A program made the translations under genes and the position numbers. 64,000 bases of DNA, taken from positions 64,001 through 128,000 of the forward strand of contig JASFYR010000009.1 in the NCBI GenBank assembly GCA_045047115.1, in the 5' to 3' direction. The DNA comes from Sulfurospirillum sp. Its GTDB lineage: Bacteria; Campylobacterota; Campylobacteria; Campylobacterales; Sulfurospirillaceae. Shown piece after piece: positions 1-8,736 of the stretch; the stretch's first letter is position 1, and each line of letters starts with the position of its first letter. The notes under the pieces were generated by a model. The model was not told the origin of the DNA. It made no database searches and was given only the letters and a program-made list of their open reading frames with translations.

Positions 1-2
1 TT

Positions 3-584
3 TCATTAAAAAATGTTTTGCCAAAGCCTTTTGATGAATTTTTGAAAAAATACAATACAGGCGATATTGTAACCGGCAAAGTAACTACGATTACAAATTT
101 TGGTGCATTTATAAGAATAGACGGTGTTGAAGGATTGTTGCACAATGAAGATGCTTCTTGGGATAGAAATAACAAATGTAAAGATTTATTTAACAGTGAT
201 GATGAGGTTGAAGTTAAAATTGTCAAAATAGATGATATAAATGAAAAAATTTCATTGAGTAAAAAAGCTTTAGAAGACAGTCCAATACAAAAATATGCAA
301 AGATACACTCAAACGGTGATATTGTAAAAGGTATGATCAGAGATATAAAAGATTTTGGTGTTTTTGTTGAACTTGAAAACAGTGTAGATGCACTTATCAG
401 AAAAGAGGATTTAGGTCCTGTTGGAGAAGATGAGTTAAAAGTTGGAGACGAGATAGAAGCAGCTATTGCCTTTATTGATGATAAGAAAAACAGAATAAGA
501 TTATCCGTAAGAAGTTTATCTAAATTAAAAGAAAGAGAAGCTCTAAAAGAGATAAATAAAGAAGACAAGATGACTTTAAGGTGA
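3..584 (+). CDS. rpsA: 30S ribosomal protein S1, 3' part (5' end outside the window); apparent +1 frameshift in the last codons, corrected stop at 609
   Basis: Two S1 repeats (GDIVTGKVTTITNFGAFI..EGLLH; GDIVKGMIRDIKDFGVFV). The frame is open back to the window edge. Confidence 0.95.
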   Translation, partial: SLKNVLPKPFDEFLKKYNTGDIVTGKVTTITNFGAFIRIDGVEGLLHNEDASWDRNNKCKDLFNSDDEVEVKIVKIDDINEKISLSKKALEDSPIQKYAKIHSNGDIVKGMIRDIKDFGVFVELENSVDALIRKEDLGPVGEDELKVGDEIEAAIAFIDDKKNRIRLSVRSLSKLKEREALKEINKEDKMTLR

Positions 585-618
585 TATTTTGAAAGATCAA
601 TTAAAGTAGTCAGGATTT

Positions 619-1098
619 ATGCAAAGAAAGATACTTGGTGTTTTTTTTACAGTCTTGTTTTTAGGTGTGGTAGCTGTACTTTATAGCTTTTTTAACTACA
701 CCAACAACGAGATTGTAGAGACTAAAGAGTATCTTTCTCCTATCGATAAAGAAGAAAAAACACAAAACTTGAGCAGAAGCTGGATTGACAGCCTGGTTAA
801 AAACAGTAATAGTAGTTACTTGTATCCCGTCAATGAACTATATATGCATATTGATTTGCGAAAACAGATCGCACCAAAAGTTAAATCATATAAATTGATA
901 GTGCAAGATATAGACAGGTATTCATTGTTTTGTGTTATGCAAACTCTTCAAGGGTTTAATTTACCATTTGTTATCACAAAACAAAAAAAAGCTCCCTCCA
1001 TATATATGGGGAGTGATAATAAAAAGAGACTCAAAGAGATTGAAAAAAAATTGAAAAAATACGGTATAAAGTCAAAAATTGTTGAAGAGTGGATATAG
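619..1098 (+). CDS. Hypothetical membrane-anchored/periplasmic protein
   Basis: 159-aa ORF with an N-terminal hydrophobic helix and an AGGA RBS; lies between rpsA and serA as in other Campylobacterota. Confidence 0.75.
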   Translation: MQRKILGVFFTVLFLGVVAVLYSFFNYTNNEIVETKEYLSPIDKEEKTQNLSRSWIDSLVKNSNSSYLYPVNELYMHIDLRKQIAPKVKSYKLIVQDIDRYSLFCVMQTLQGFNLPFVITKQKKAPSIYMGSDNKKRLKEIEKKLKKYGIKSKIVEEWI

Positions 1099-1184
1099 AC
1101 TAGGCATATATATAGTCTTGTTATAATTGTATTCGTCAGCAGTTTTACAGCTTTAGTAAAAAACAAAATAGTAACTTTTCGCCA

Positions 1185-1225
1185 AAGGTGTAGCTTTGGT
1201 TGCGAGAAATTTCACAGGAGCTTTC
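1185..1225 (+). repeat. Degenerate copy of the intergenic GCTTTAG repeat family
   Basis: AAGGTGTAGCTTTGGTTGCGAGAAATTTCACAGGA resembles AAGGTTGTGCTTTAGTAGCGCGTGAATTTATCAGGA at 43276. Confidence 0.45.
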
Positions 1226-1286
1226 AAGGAAGCATCGCTAACGCGACCGAATTTGCTTGCTTTGCTCATAAAAAAAAGGACATAAA

Positions 1287-2867
1287 ATGAAAAAAATAAT
1301 TATATGTGATGCGATACATCAAAAAGGTTTTGAGCTTTTAAGGGCAGAAAATGATGTAGAGGTGATAGATGCAGCCTCTTTGTCTAAAGATGAACTGTTA
1401 AATGTAATCGGTGATGCCGATGTGGCAATCACGAGAAGCCCGACAGCAATAGATGAAAAATTTTTAAAAAGTGCTGCTAATTTAAAAGCGGTTGTAAGAG
1501 CAGGAGTAGGAGTTGATAATGTTGATTTGGATGGTTGTAGCAAAAGAGGCATAATCACTATGAATGTACCTACAGCAAATACGATAGCTGCAGTTGAGAT
1601 GACTATGGCTCATATGCTTAGCTGTGCCAGGAGTTTTGTAAATGCAAATAACAATCTAAAGATTGAGAGAGTTTGGAAAAGAGAAAAATGGTATGGAATT
1701 GAGTTAAGTGGAAAAAAACTGGGTATTATCGGTTTTGGAAATATAGGAAGCAGAGTGGGCATAAGAGCTAAAGCATTTGATATGGATGTTGTTGCTTACG
1801 ATCCTTATATAGAGCCTTCAAAAGCTACAGATTTAGGAGTGACCTATACATCAAATTTTGATGATATATTAGCGTGTGATTTTATTACGATCCATACACC
1901 AAAAAACAAAGAGACTATAGATATAATTTCATTTGATGAGATAGAAAAAATGAAAGATGGTGTTAGACTTATAAATTGTGCGAGGGGAAGCCTTTTTAAT
2001 GAAAAAGCCCTATATGAAGGCATAAAGAGTGGTAAAATTGCATTTGCCGGTATCGATGCTTTTTCTTCTGAGCCTGCAACTGAACATTTTTTATTGGATT
2101 TGGAAAATATTTGCGTCACTCCGCATATTGGTGCAAATACACATGAGTCTCAAGAAAAAATAGCAACTCAAGCTGCAGAAAGTGCACTTTTAGCAGCTAG
2201 AGGAATAAGTTATCCAAATGCATTAAATCTGCCTATCAGGGCTGAAGATTTGCCTCAACTTATTGTTCCATATCTAGAATTGACTCAAAAAATGTCATAT
2301 TTTGCAGCACAGATAAATAGGGCACAAATTAAATCTATAAGAATTAAAGCTGAAGGAAAGATAAGTGAATATGCAAAATCTCTCCTGACATTTAGTGTCG
2401 TAGGAGTACTTAAAGAATCAGTTGGCGATAATGTAAATTATGTTAATGCTAGCTATGTTGCACAAGACAAAGGCATAGAAACATCTTTTGAGGAGAGTCC
2501 AAAATCTTCAGGTTATCACAATAAGATAACAGTAACATTGACAACCACAAAAGGCGTTACGAGCATAACAGGAACTGTTTTTGAAGATATTGAACAAAGA
2601 ATAGTAAATATAAATGGCTTTGGTTTTGATTTTAAGCCAAAGGGTAAAATGATAGTATTTAAAAATAGAGATGTCCCTGGAGTTATCGCAAATATTGCTA
2701 CTTTATTGTCTCAAAATGGTATAAATATATCTGATTTTAGACTAGGTCGTGGCAAAGATGATTATGCAATGGCAGTGATTTTAGTCGATGAATCAATAGA
2801 CAAAGAGATGCTTGGCAAATTAAACTCTATAGATGCATGTTTGTGGGCTCAATACGCAATTTTATAA
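1287..2867 (+). CDS. serA: D-3-phosphoglycerate dehydrogenase (long form with C-terminal ACT domain)
   Basis: RAGVGVDNVD, GIIGFGNIG NAD-binding motif, NCARG, TPHIGANT and a C-terminal ACT domain (NRDVPGVI). Confidence 0.96.
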   Translation: MKKIIICDAIHQKGFELLRAENDVEVIDAASLSKDELLNVIGDADVAITRSPTAIDEKFLKSAANLKAVVRAGVGVDNVDLDGCSKRGIITMNVPTANTIAAVEMTMAHMLSCARSFVNANNNLKIERVWKREKWYGIELSGKKLGIIGFGNIGSRVGIRAKAFDMDVVAYDPYIEPSKATDLGVTYTSNFDDILACDFITIHTPKNKETIDIISFDEIEKMKDGVRLINCARGSLFNEKALYEGIKSGKIAFAGIDAFSSEPATEHFLLDLENICVTPHIGANTHESQEKIATQAAESALLAARGISYPNALNLPIRAEDLPQLIVPYLELTQKMSYFAAQINRAQIKSIRIKAEGKISEYAKSLLTFSVVGVLKESVGDNVNYVNASYVAQDKGIETSFEESPKSSGYHNKITVTLTTTKGVTSITGTVFEDIEQRIVNINGFGFDFKPKGKMIVFKNRDVPGVIANIATLLSQNGINISDFRLGRGKDDYAMAVILVDESIDKEMLGKLNSIDACLWAQYAIL

Positions 2868-2889
2868 ATAAAAACTATAAAATTAAAAT

Positions 2890-2929
2890 ATAATAAGGAA
2901 TTATTAATATATATATAATTCCTTATTAT
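2890..2929 (+). terminator. Perfect 15-bp inverted repeat after serA (terminator or operator upstream of sqr)
   Basis: ATAATAAGGAATTAT-N10-ATAATTCCTTATTAT. Confidence 0.5.
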
Positions 2930-3037
2930 CTTCAGAACTATTATCAAATATATTTATAAATAACTGCAACTTTTTTACACATTTTTATAAAAATTTCTAA
3001 TAATTAATGATTTTATCTTAACTTTAAATCTATTATA

Positions 3038-3046
3038 TGTTATAAT
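3038..3046 (+). promoter_or_regulatory. Extended -10 promoter element for sqr
   Basis: TGTTATAAT (TGnTATAAT) about 50 nt upstream of the start codon; AAGGAG RBS present. Confidence 0.6.
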
Positions 3047-3096
3047 AGAAAAACTTAAGGTAATAAAGATAATAAAGCATAACAAGGAGATTAAAT

Positions 3097-4560
3097 ATGG
3101 CAAGAGTTGTAATTTTAGGTGGAGGAGTATCAGGTCATACTGCTGCTACATTTTTGGCAAAGTGGCTTGGACGAGACCATGAAGTTGTTGTAGTTACACC
3201 AAATTCAAAATGGAACTGGATTCCATCAAATATCTGGGTTGGTGTCGGTGGAATGAGCAAAGAGGAAGTTGTCTTTGATCTTGCGCCTGTATATGAAAAA
3301 GCCGGAATAGATTATAGACAGGCAAAAGCTGTCTCTATACATCCAGAAGGCGGAGCAGATGTTGAAAAGCAGTATGTGACGATAGAGTATACAGGGCAGA
3401 ATAAAGAGGGAAACAATGAAAAGTTGACTTATGACTACCTAATCAATGCAACAGGGCCTAAATTAAACTTTGGTGCCACAGAGGGATTGGGCCCGGACAA
3501 TGGATATAGTGTATCTGTTTGTACGGCTGACCATGCTTTACATGCCAGTGAAAAATTAGATGAATTGATAGCTCAAATGAAAAGCGGTGAAGAGAAGAAG
3601 ATATTGATTGGAACCGGACATGGCATGTGTACATGTCAAGGCGCTGCATTTGAGTATACATTTAATGTTGATCACAAACTTAGAGAAGAGGGCGTAAGAG
3701 ATAAAGCCACATTGACATATATTTCAAACGAATATGAACTTGGTGATTTTGGTGTGGGCGGTATGCATATAAAACTGGGTGGTTATGTGACCAGCGGTAA
3801 GGTTTTTGCAGAATCACTCTATACGGAAAGAAATGTTAATTGGATAAAAAGAGCACATGTAAATAAAGTAGAAAAAGACAGAGTTCATTATGAGACACTT
3901 GATGGCTCAAATTATGAAGAAGAGTTCGATTTTTCTATGTTGATTCCTCCATTTGCCGGGGTTGGTATGAAGGCTTATGATAAGGCTGGTGAGGATATAA
4001 CTTCTAAGATTTTTAATCCTGGTGGATTTATGTTTGTTGATGCTGATTATTCAAAAGGTGCTAAGCCCTTTGAAGAGTGGGATGCAGCTGATTGGCCAAG
4101 TTATCTACAGAACCCAACATATAAAAATATGTATGCCATAGGCATTGCTTTTGCACCTCCTCATCTGATTTCAAAACCGATGAAAAGTCCAAATGGAACC
4201 CCCATCAACCCAACTCCTCCAAGAACTGGCATGCCAAGTGCTATGATGGGTAAAGCGGTTGCGGAGAGTTTAAAAGATATCATATTAAACAATGCTACAG
4301 AACCAACCCATACAGCAAATATGAGTGAAATGGGTGCTGCTTGTGTTGCAAGTGCCGGAAAAGGCTTTTTTAGTGGTAGTGCGGTTGCCATGACCATGTA
4401 TCCGGTAATTCCAAACTTTAAAAAATATGAATACGGAAGAGATTTAAACGGAACTTTTGGAGAGATTGGATTGGCCGGTCACTGGGTCAAGCACTTCTTG
4501 CATTTTGCATTCTTGTGGAAAGCAAAACTAAAACCATTTTGGACAATAATTCCAGAATAA
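3097..4560 (+). CDS. sqr: Sulfide:quinone oxidoreductase, most similar in motifs to type IV (SqrD)
   Basis: N-terminal FAD motif (LGGGVSG), WIPSNIWVGVG, SVCT, GHGMCTCQGAAFEY, PPRTGMPS, MGAACVASAG and C-terminal FWTIIPE, matching recalled SqrD sequences. Confidence 0.9.
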   Translation: MARVVILGGGVSGHTAATFLAKWLGRDHEVVVVTPNSKWNWIPSNIWVGVGGMSKEEVVFDLAPVYEKAGIDYRQAKAVSIHPEGGADVEKQYVTIEYTGQNKEGNNEKLTYDYLINATGPKLNFGATEGLGPDNGYSVSVCTADHALHASEKLDELIAQMKSGEEKKILIGTGHGMCTCQGAAFEYTFNVDHKLREEGVRDKATLTYISNEYELGDFGVGGMHIKLGGYVTSGKVFAESLYTERNVNWIKRAHVNKVEKDRVHYETLDGSNYEEEFDFSMLIPPFAGVGMKAYDKAGEDITSKIFNPGGFMFVDADYSKGAKPFEEWDAADWPSYLQNPTYKNMYAIGIAFAPPHLISKPMKSPNGTPINPTPPRTGMPSAMMGKAVAESLKDIILNNATEPTHTANMSEMGAACVASAGKGFFSGSAVAMTMYPVIPNFKKYEYGRDLNGTFGEIGLAGHWVKHFLHFAFLWKAKLKPFWTIIPE

Positions 4561-4678
4561 GCTTTAGTGAGGGGAATTTTTGATGGGCTTTGCCCAAGGC
4601 AATTAGAGATAAAGAGAGACTCTTTGCAAAGCAAAAGCTTTAGTGAGAGGAATTTTTTCGAGGCTCTGCCTCAAAAAA
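4561..4678 (+). repeat. Tandem pair (76-bp period) of GCTTTAG-hairpin repeats
   Basis: GCTTTAGTGAGGGGAATTTTTGATGGGCTTTGCCC at 4561 and GCTTTAGTGAGAGGAATTTTTTCGAGGCTCTGCCTC at 4637. Confidence 0.7.
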
Positions 4679-4690
4679 AGGAGAAATAAA

Positions 4691-4840
4691 ATGAAAATAA
4701 AACCATATAGTCAAAATGCTTATACACCAGTACCGTCTGCTTTTACAAAATTTAGAAGAAATTGTGTTATTTGGCAGTTTGTTAGATTTATTGTTATTAA
4801 TATTAAAATGACAGTTTTAATCCTAAAATCACATCATTAA
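4691..4840 (+). CDS. Small (49 aa) basic/amphipathic protein downstream of sqr
   Basis: AAGGAGA RBS just upstream of the ATG at 4691; MKIKPYSQNAYTPVPSAFTKFRRNCVIWQFVRFIVINIKMTVLILKSHH. Confidence 0.7.
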   Translation: MKIKPYSQNAYTPVPSAFTKFRRNCVIWQFVRFIVINIKMTVLILKSHH

Positions 4841-4860
4841 ATTTATTTTATAGAAAACTT

Positions 4861-4882
4861 TGCTATAATAATAATCATTATT
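4861..4882 (+). promoter_or_regulatory. Extended -10 (TGCTATAAT) overlapped by a Fur-box-like site
   Basis: TATAATAATAATCATTATT (4864-4882) matches 16/19 positions of GATAATGATAATCATTATC. Confidence 0.5.
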
Positions 4883-4913
4883 ATCTAGAGTTATTGAGAG
4901 ATAACTCTAGATA
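4882..4913 (+). promoter_or_regulatory. Perfect 13-bp inverted repeat in the tolC leader (operator or RNA hairpin)
   Basis: TATCTAGAGTTAT-TGAGAG-ATAACTCTAGATA. Confidence 0.5.
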
Positions 4914-4937
4914 TAACTAAAAAATACGGAGTTGGTA

Positions 4938-6305
4938 ATGAAGATAATATTATGGCTTATCTTTGTAACTCTGCCTATTTTTGCCCAAACACAAATTTAT
5001 ACACATCTTGATCTGAACAGAGCTATTAAAATTTTAAAGAGAGACTCTTTAGAGATAAATATAGCAAAATTCAATGAAGATATAAAATCCTTTGAGCACA
5101 AGATAGCAAACGGTTACAATTATGGAAAATTGGATTTAATTCAGCTGGCAATGCGTTCAAATGACGCTGGTAATGTATTTGGCTTTAAACTGCAAAGCAG
5201 AGAAGCAACATTTGGAGATTTTGGTTTCTATGATTTTTTGCATCCACCTCAAGGCACAACTAACATTCTAGATGTTCAACCAAAGGATTTAAACTATCCA
5301 GGCTCAAGGAATCACTTTCAAACAAAACTACACTATGAAGTCCCTCTTTATACGGGTGGCAAGTTAGAGCAGTATAGTAAAATTACAGCCGCTCTGACAA
5401 AACTTAGCAAACTTGATACAAAAAAAATTATAAACGAAAAGATTTATCAACTCAAAAAGAGTTATTACAATATCTACCTTCTTGATTCATATCTTAAAAA
5501 TTTAAGTATTATAAAAAGAAACATGTTGAAACTTGAAGATATGGCAAGGGCTATGATCCAAGAAGGATATGCAAAAAAAGTTGATCTATTGGAAGTGCAA
5601 TCAAAAAAAGCAAATGTTGTTAGAATGATAAATACGGCAAAAGCAAATAAGAAGCTTGTTTTGCATTTTATATCATTTCTCTTGAATTCTAAAGTCAAAT
5701 CCATCAGTGGTGTTTATACAAAAGTGATGCCTGAAACTTTGGATTTAAATGAGATATTGCGTAGAAATATCGATATACAAAAAGCAAAACAGGGTTTAAA
5801 GATAACACAGATGAATATCAGGCTAAAAGAGTCTGCAAATTTGCCGGAAATTGGTGCATTTGCTGAAGTTTCAAGTGCTGATAATAAATTTTTAAATGAT
5901 TTTACCAAACACGATGCTTATACAATTGGTATGCAATTTAAATGGAATATCTTTCACGGAAATATAGATAAAAACAGTATTCAAAAAGCAAGAATAGAAA
6001 ATATGAAAGTAAAAGCTCAAGTAGAGTTGGCGAAAAAAGGTATCACCCTAAAGGTTGCAAAGATCAAAACTGAAATTGAGAGTATGGATTTTGATATAGA
6101 TAGCTTAAATACCGAATTAGAGCTTGCAAGAACGATATATAAAAATTATCTTGGTCGTTATCAAGAAAAATTAGTATCAATAAATGATGTTATCATTAAA
6201 CAATCTTTAGAAATAGAAAAAGTTTTGAAACTAAAAGAGGTTCAAAACAAAAGAACAAGTAAAATACTTGAGTTAGAAAATATAGCAAATGGAGAAGGAA
6301 TATGA
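4938..6305 (+). CDS. TolC-family outer membrane efflux protein
   Basis: Signal peptide, YEVPLYTGG and QFKWNIFHG outer-membrane-factor motifs, long helical segments; first gene of an adaptor/RND cluster. ATG at 4938 follows GGAG. Confidence 0.88.
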   Translation: MKIILWLIFVTLPIFAQTQIYTHLDLNRAIKILKRDSLEINIAKFNEDIKSFEHKIANGYNYGKLDLIQLAMRSNDAGNVFGFKLQSREATFGDFGFYDFLHPPQGTTNILDVQPKDLNYPGSRNHFQTKLHYEVPLYTGGKLEQYSKITAALTKLSKLDTKKIINEKIYQLKKSYYNIYLLDSYLKNLSIIKRNMLKLEDMARAMIQEGYAKKVDLLEVQSKKANVVRMINTAKANKKLVLHFISFLLNSKVKSISGVYTKVMPETLDLNEILRRNIDIQKAKQGLKITQMNIRLKESANLPEIGAFAEVSSADNKFLNDFTKHDAYTIGMQFKWNIFHGNIDKNSIQKARIENMKVKAQVELAKKGITLKVAKIKTEIESMDFDIDSLNTELELARTIYKNYLGRYQEKLVSINDVIIKQSLEIEKVLKLKEVQNKRTSKILELENIANGEGI

Positions 6306-7102
6306 AAAATTTTTTTGGTGGGATGACGCTGGTTTTTATGCTAGCGATGCAACTTTTTGCAGGAAATCTGAATTTAACAGGAAGTGTCATATCTGACAAT
6401 CAAAAAATGATGACTAGCAGATATATGGGCTTTGTCATAAAAATTGGTGTTGATGAGGGTGATAGAGTAAAAAAAGGTCAACTTCTGTATGAGATTGATT
6501 CAAAAGAGGTTGATAGTGCAAAAACTCAAGTTGAATTGGCTATATCTCAAGCAAAACTTGCATCACAAATGTATGAAAACCAATATCAAAATGTAGAGTT
6601 GAACCTTCAAAGATATAGAAGACTTTTGAAAAAAGATATGGTCTCAAAATATGATGTGGAAAATTTGGAGTTAGCAGAAAAAAATCTAAAAGCTATGGTT
6701 AAAATATCCAAAGAGCAGATAAAGCAGGCAAAAGCAAAGCTGCAAGAGGTTTTAAACCAGTATAAATATCTTAGAATAACAGCGCCAAATGATGGTGTAG
6801 TTATAGCAAAAAATATAAAAGTCGGAGAAATGGCAATGCCTGGTATGCCGGCAATCATACTCTCTGACCTTAGTGATTTGAAAATTTCAACGGAGATTTC
6901 TGAGAGTAATTTAAAAGATATAAGATTGGGCGAAAAGGTTAGGGTGGAAATTCCTTCTATTGGCTTAAATTCTGGGGGAGTGATTGCTTCTATTATTCCT
7001 AGTTCAAATCCAATGACTCATACATTTAGATTGAAAGTAAAATTTGATCAAATGGGCAAGACAGTATATCCTGGAATGTATGCTGTAGTAAATATAAAAT
7101 AG
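6302..7102 (+). CDS. RND efflux periplasmic adaptor (membrane fusion protein)
   Basis: Lipoyl half-motifs (VDEGDRVKKGQLL; ITAPNDGVV), coiled-coil hairpin, C-terminal PGMY. Confidence 0.92.
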   Translation: MKNFFGGMTLVFMLAMQLFAGNLNLTGSVISDNQKMMTSRYMGFVIKIGVDEGDRVKKGQLLYEIDSKEVDSAKTQVELAISQAKLASQMYENQYQNVELNLQRYRRLLKKDMVSKYDVENLELAEKNLKAMVKISKEQIKQAKAKLQEVLNQYKYLRITAPNDGVVIAKNIKVGEMAMPGMPAIILSDLSDLKISTEISESNLKDIRLGEKVRVEIPSIGLNSGGVIASIIPSSNPMTHTFRLKVKFDQMGKTVYPGMYAVVNIK

Positions 7103-7110
7103 GTCAAAAA

Positions 7111-8736
7111 ATGCAAAAAAGTTATAATCCAAAAGATGTGGCAGGAAAACTGGCCAAAGGGTTTTTACATAATCCACTCACCTCTTTACTTGGTGTGTTT
7201 CTGCTTTTAGTCGGCTACATAGCACTTGAAGTTACACCTAGAGAAGAAGATCCACAGATTGAGATAAGTGGCGGAGCTGTTATGGTTGTATTGCCAGGAG
7301 CCACTCCTAAGCAGATAGACAATATCATAGTCAAGCCTCTTGAGAGGCGAATCAAAGAGATAAAAGGTGTTGAGTATATTTATGGTATTGCGGCTAAAAA
7401 TGTTGGTATCGTAAATGTGGTTTATTATATAGGTGAAAACAGAGAATCATCAAATCTAAAATTATATGATAAAGTTATGCAAAATATGGACAAACTTCCA
7501 AAAGGTACGATGCAACCGATTGTAAAACCTTTTGATATCGATATCGATATTCCTATTGTGACAGTTGCTTTTTATCCAAAGAATGGCTCGAACATCTCGC
7601 AAATTGCTCTATACAAAAAAGTAAAGTATATACAAAACGAACTAAATCGCATAGAAAATGTTGCAAAAACAACTCTAAAAGGTGAAAAAAAAGAGCAATA
7701 CAATATACAAGTTGATCTGAAAAAACTCTCAGGTTTCCATCTTTCAATGGGGCAAATAGTAAATTCGCTAAAATCGTTGGCGGCAGATGTTCCTGATGTA
7801 AAAGACCGTACAAAAGATGGCAAATTGGTTCTTTTTGGTGTAAAAAATGCGATAGAGAGCATAAAAGATGTGCAAAATCTTATAATAGCACAATACATGG
7901 GCTCTCCAATCTATCTGAAAGATGTTGCAAGTGTGCAAATAGGTGAAAATATCCAAGATTTTAGAAGTGCAGAGATTCTATACAAAAAGGATGGAAAATT
8001 TGTTAAGAGCAAAAAACAGATTACGCTTACTCTCTCAAAACTAAAGGGTACAAATGCTGTTGTGATTGCAGATAAGATTCAAGAGAGATTAAATGAACTG
8101 AAGCCAGAGCTTTTAAAAAATGGTATAGCATTTAAAATTACAAGAAATTATGGTGTCAGAGCTGATGAAGCTGTAAATGAATTGGTATTTCACCTGCTTA
8201 TATCTATCGTTATCATAGCGCTTCTTTTAGTATTTGTTTTGGGATGGAAAGAGTCTTTAATAGTTACATTTACAGTTCCGGCTATTTTAGCCGTTACCAT
8301 ATTTGTGGCATTTATGACAGGACAGACGATAAACAGAATTACACTTTTTGCATTTTTATTAAGTTTGGGACTGCTGGTTGATGCTGCTATTATAGTGATT
8401 GAAAACATACACAGACATTTGCATGATCATAGCTCAGTAGATAAAGATATGGATGAGATTCTTGTAGAAGCCACAGATGAGATAGGGGCTCCGACAAATA
8501 TTGCCACTTTGGCAATAATTCTTACGATGGTGCCGATGGCATTTGTCGGTCAGATGATGGGGCAGTTTATGAAGCCGATACCTCAAAATGTACCAGTTGC
8601 ACTTTTTGCATCACTAGTTGTGGCATATATATTTACTCCGTATCTTTCAAGAAAACTGTTGAAAAAACCAAAATTACACCATCACCATCACCATTTTCAA
8701 AAAGATGAAATTGAATCAAAAGGAGATATTAAATGA
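7111..8736 (+). CDS. RND permease, N-terminal half (split AcrB-like), with C-terminal His6 tract
   Basis: PREEDPQI, KPLERRIKEIKGV, TM4 motif GLLVDAAIIVIENI; ends KLHHHHHHFQKDE. Confidence 0.9.
   Translation: MQKSYNPKDVAGKLAKGFLHNPLTSLLGVFLLLVGYIALEVTPREEDPQIEISGGAVMVVLPGATPKQIDNIIVKPLERRIKEIKGVEYIYGIAAKNVGIVNVVYYIGENRESSNLKLYDKVMQNMDKLPKGTMQPIVKPFDIDIDIPIVTVAFYPKNGSNISQIALYKKVKYIQNELNRIENVAKTTLKGEKKEQYNIQVDLKKLSGFHLSMGQIVNSLKSLAADVPDVKDRTKDGKLVLFGVKNAIESIKDVQNLIIAQYMGSPIYLKDVASVQIGENIQDFRSAEILYKKDGKFVKSKKQITLTLSKLKGTNAVVIADKIQERLNELKPELLKNGIAFKITRNYGVRADEAVNELVFHLLISIVIIALLLVFVLGWKESLIVTFTVPAILAVTIFVAFMTGQTINRITLFAFLLSLGLLVDAAIIVIENIHRHLHDHSSVDKDMDEILVEATDEIGAPTNIATLAIILTMVPMAFVGQMMGQFMKPIPQNVPVALFASLVVAYIFTPYLSRKLLKKPKLHHHHHHFQKDEIESKGDIK

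Noticed and set aside
4561..4678. Possible mini-CRISPR (two similar repeats 76 bp apart)
   Set aside because: Only two imperfect units, no cas genes in the window, and the motif recurs dispersed elsewhere.
4643..4690. Longer N-termini from the ORF track (also 43297, 42508, 45706, 25170, 15809, 62678)
   Set aside because: Downstream ATGs have clear RBSs and match family N-termini; some extensions run through repeats or upstream genes.
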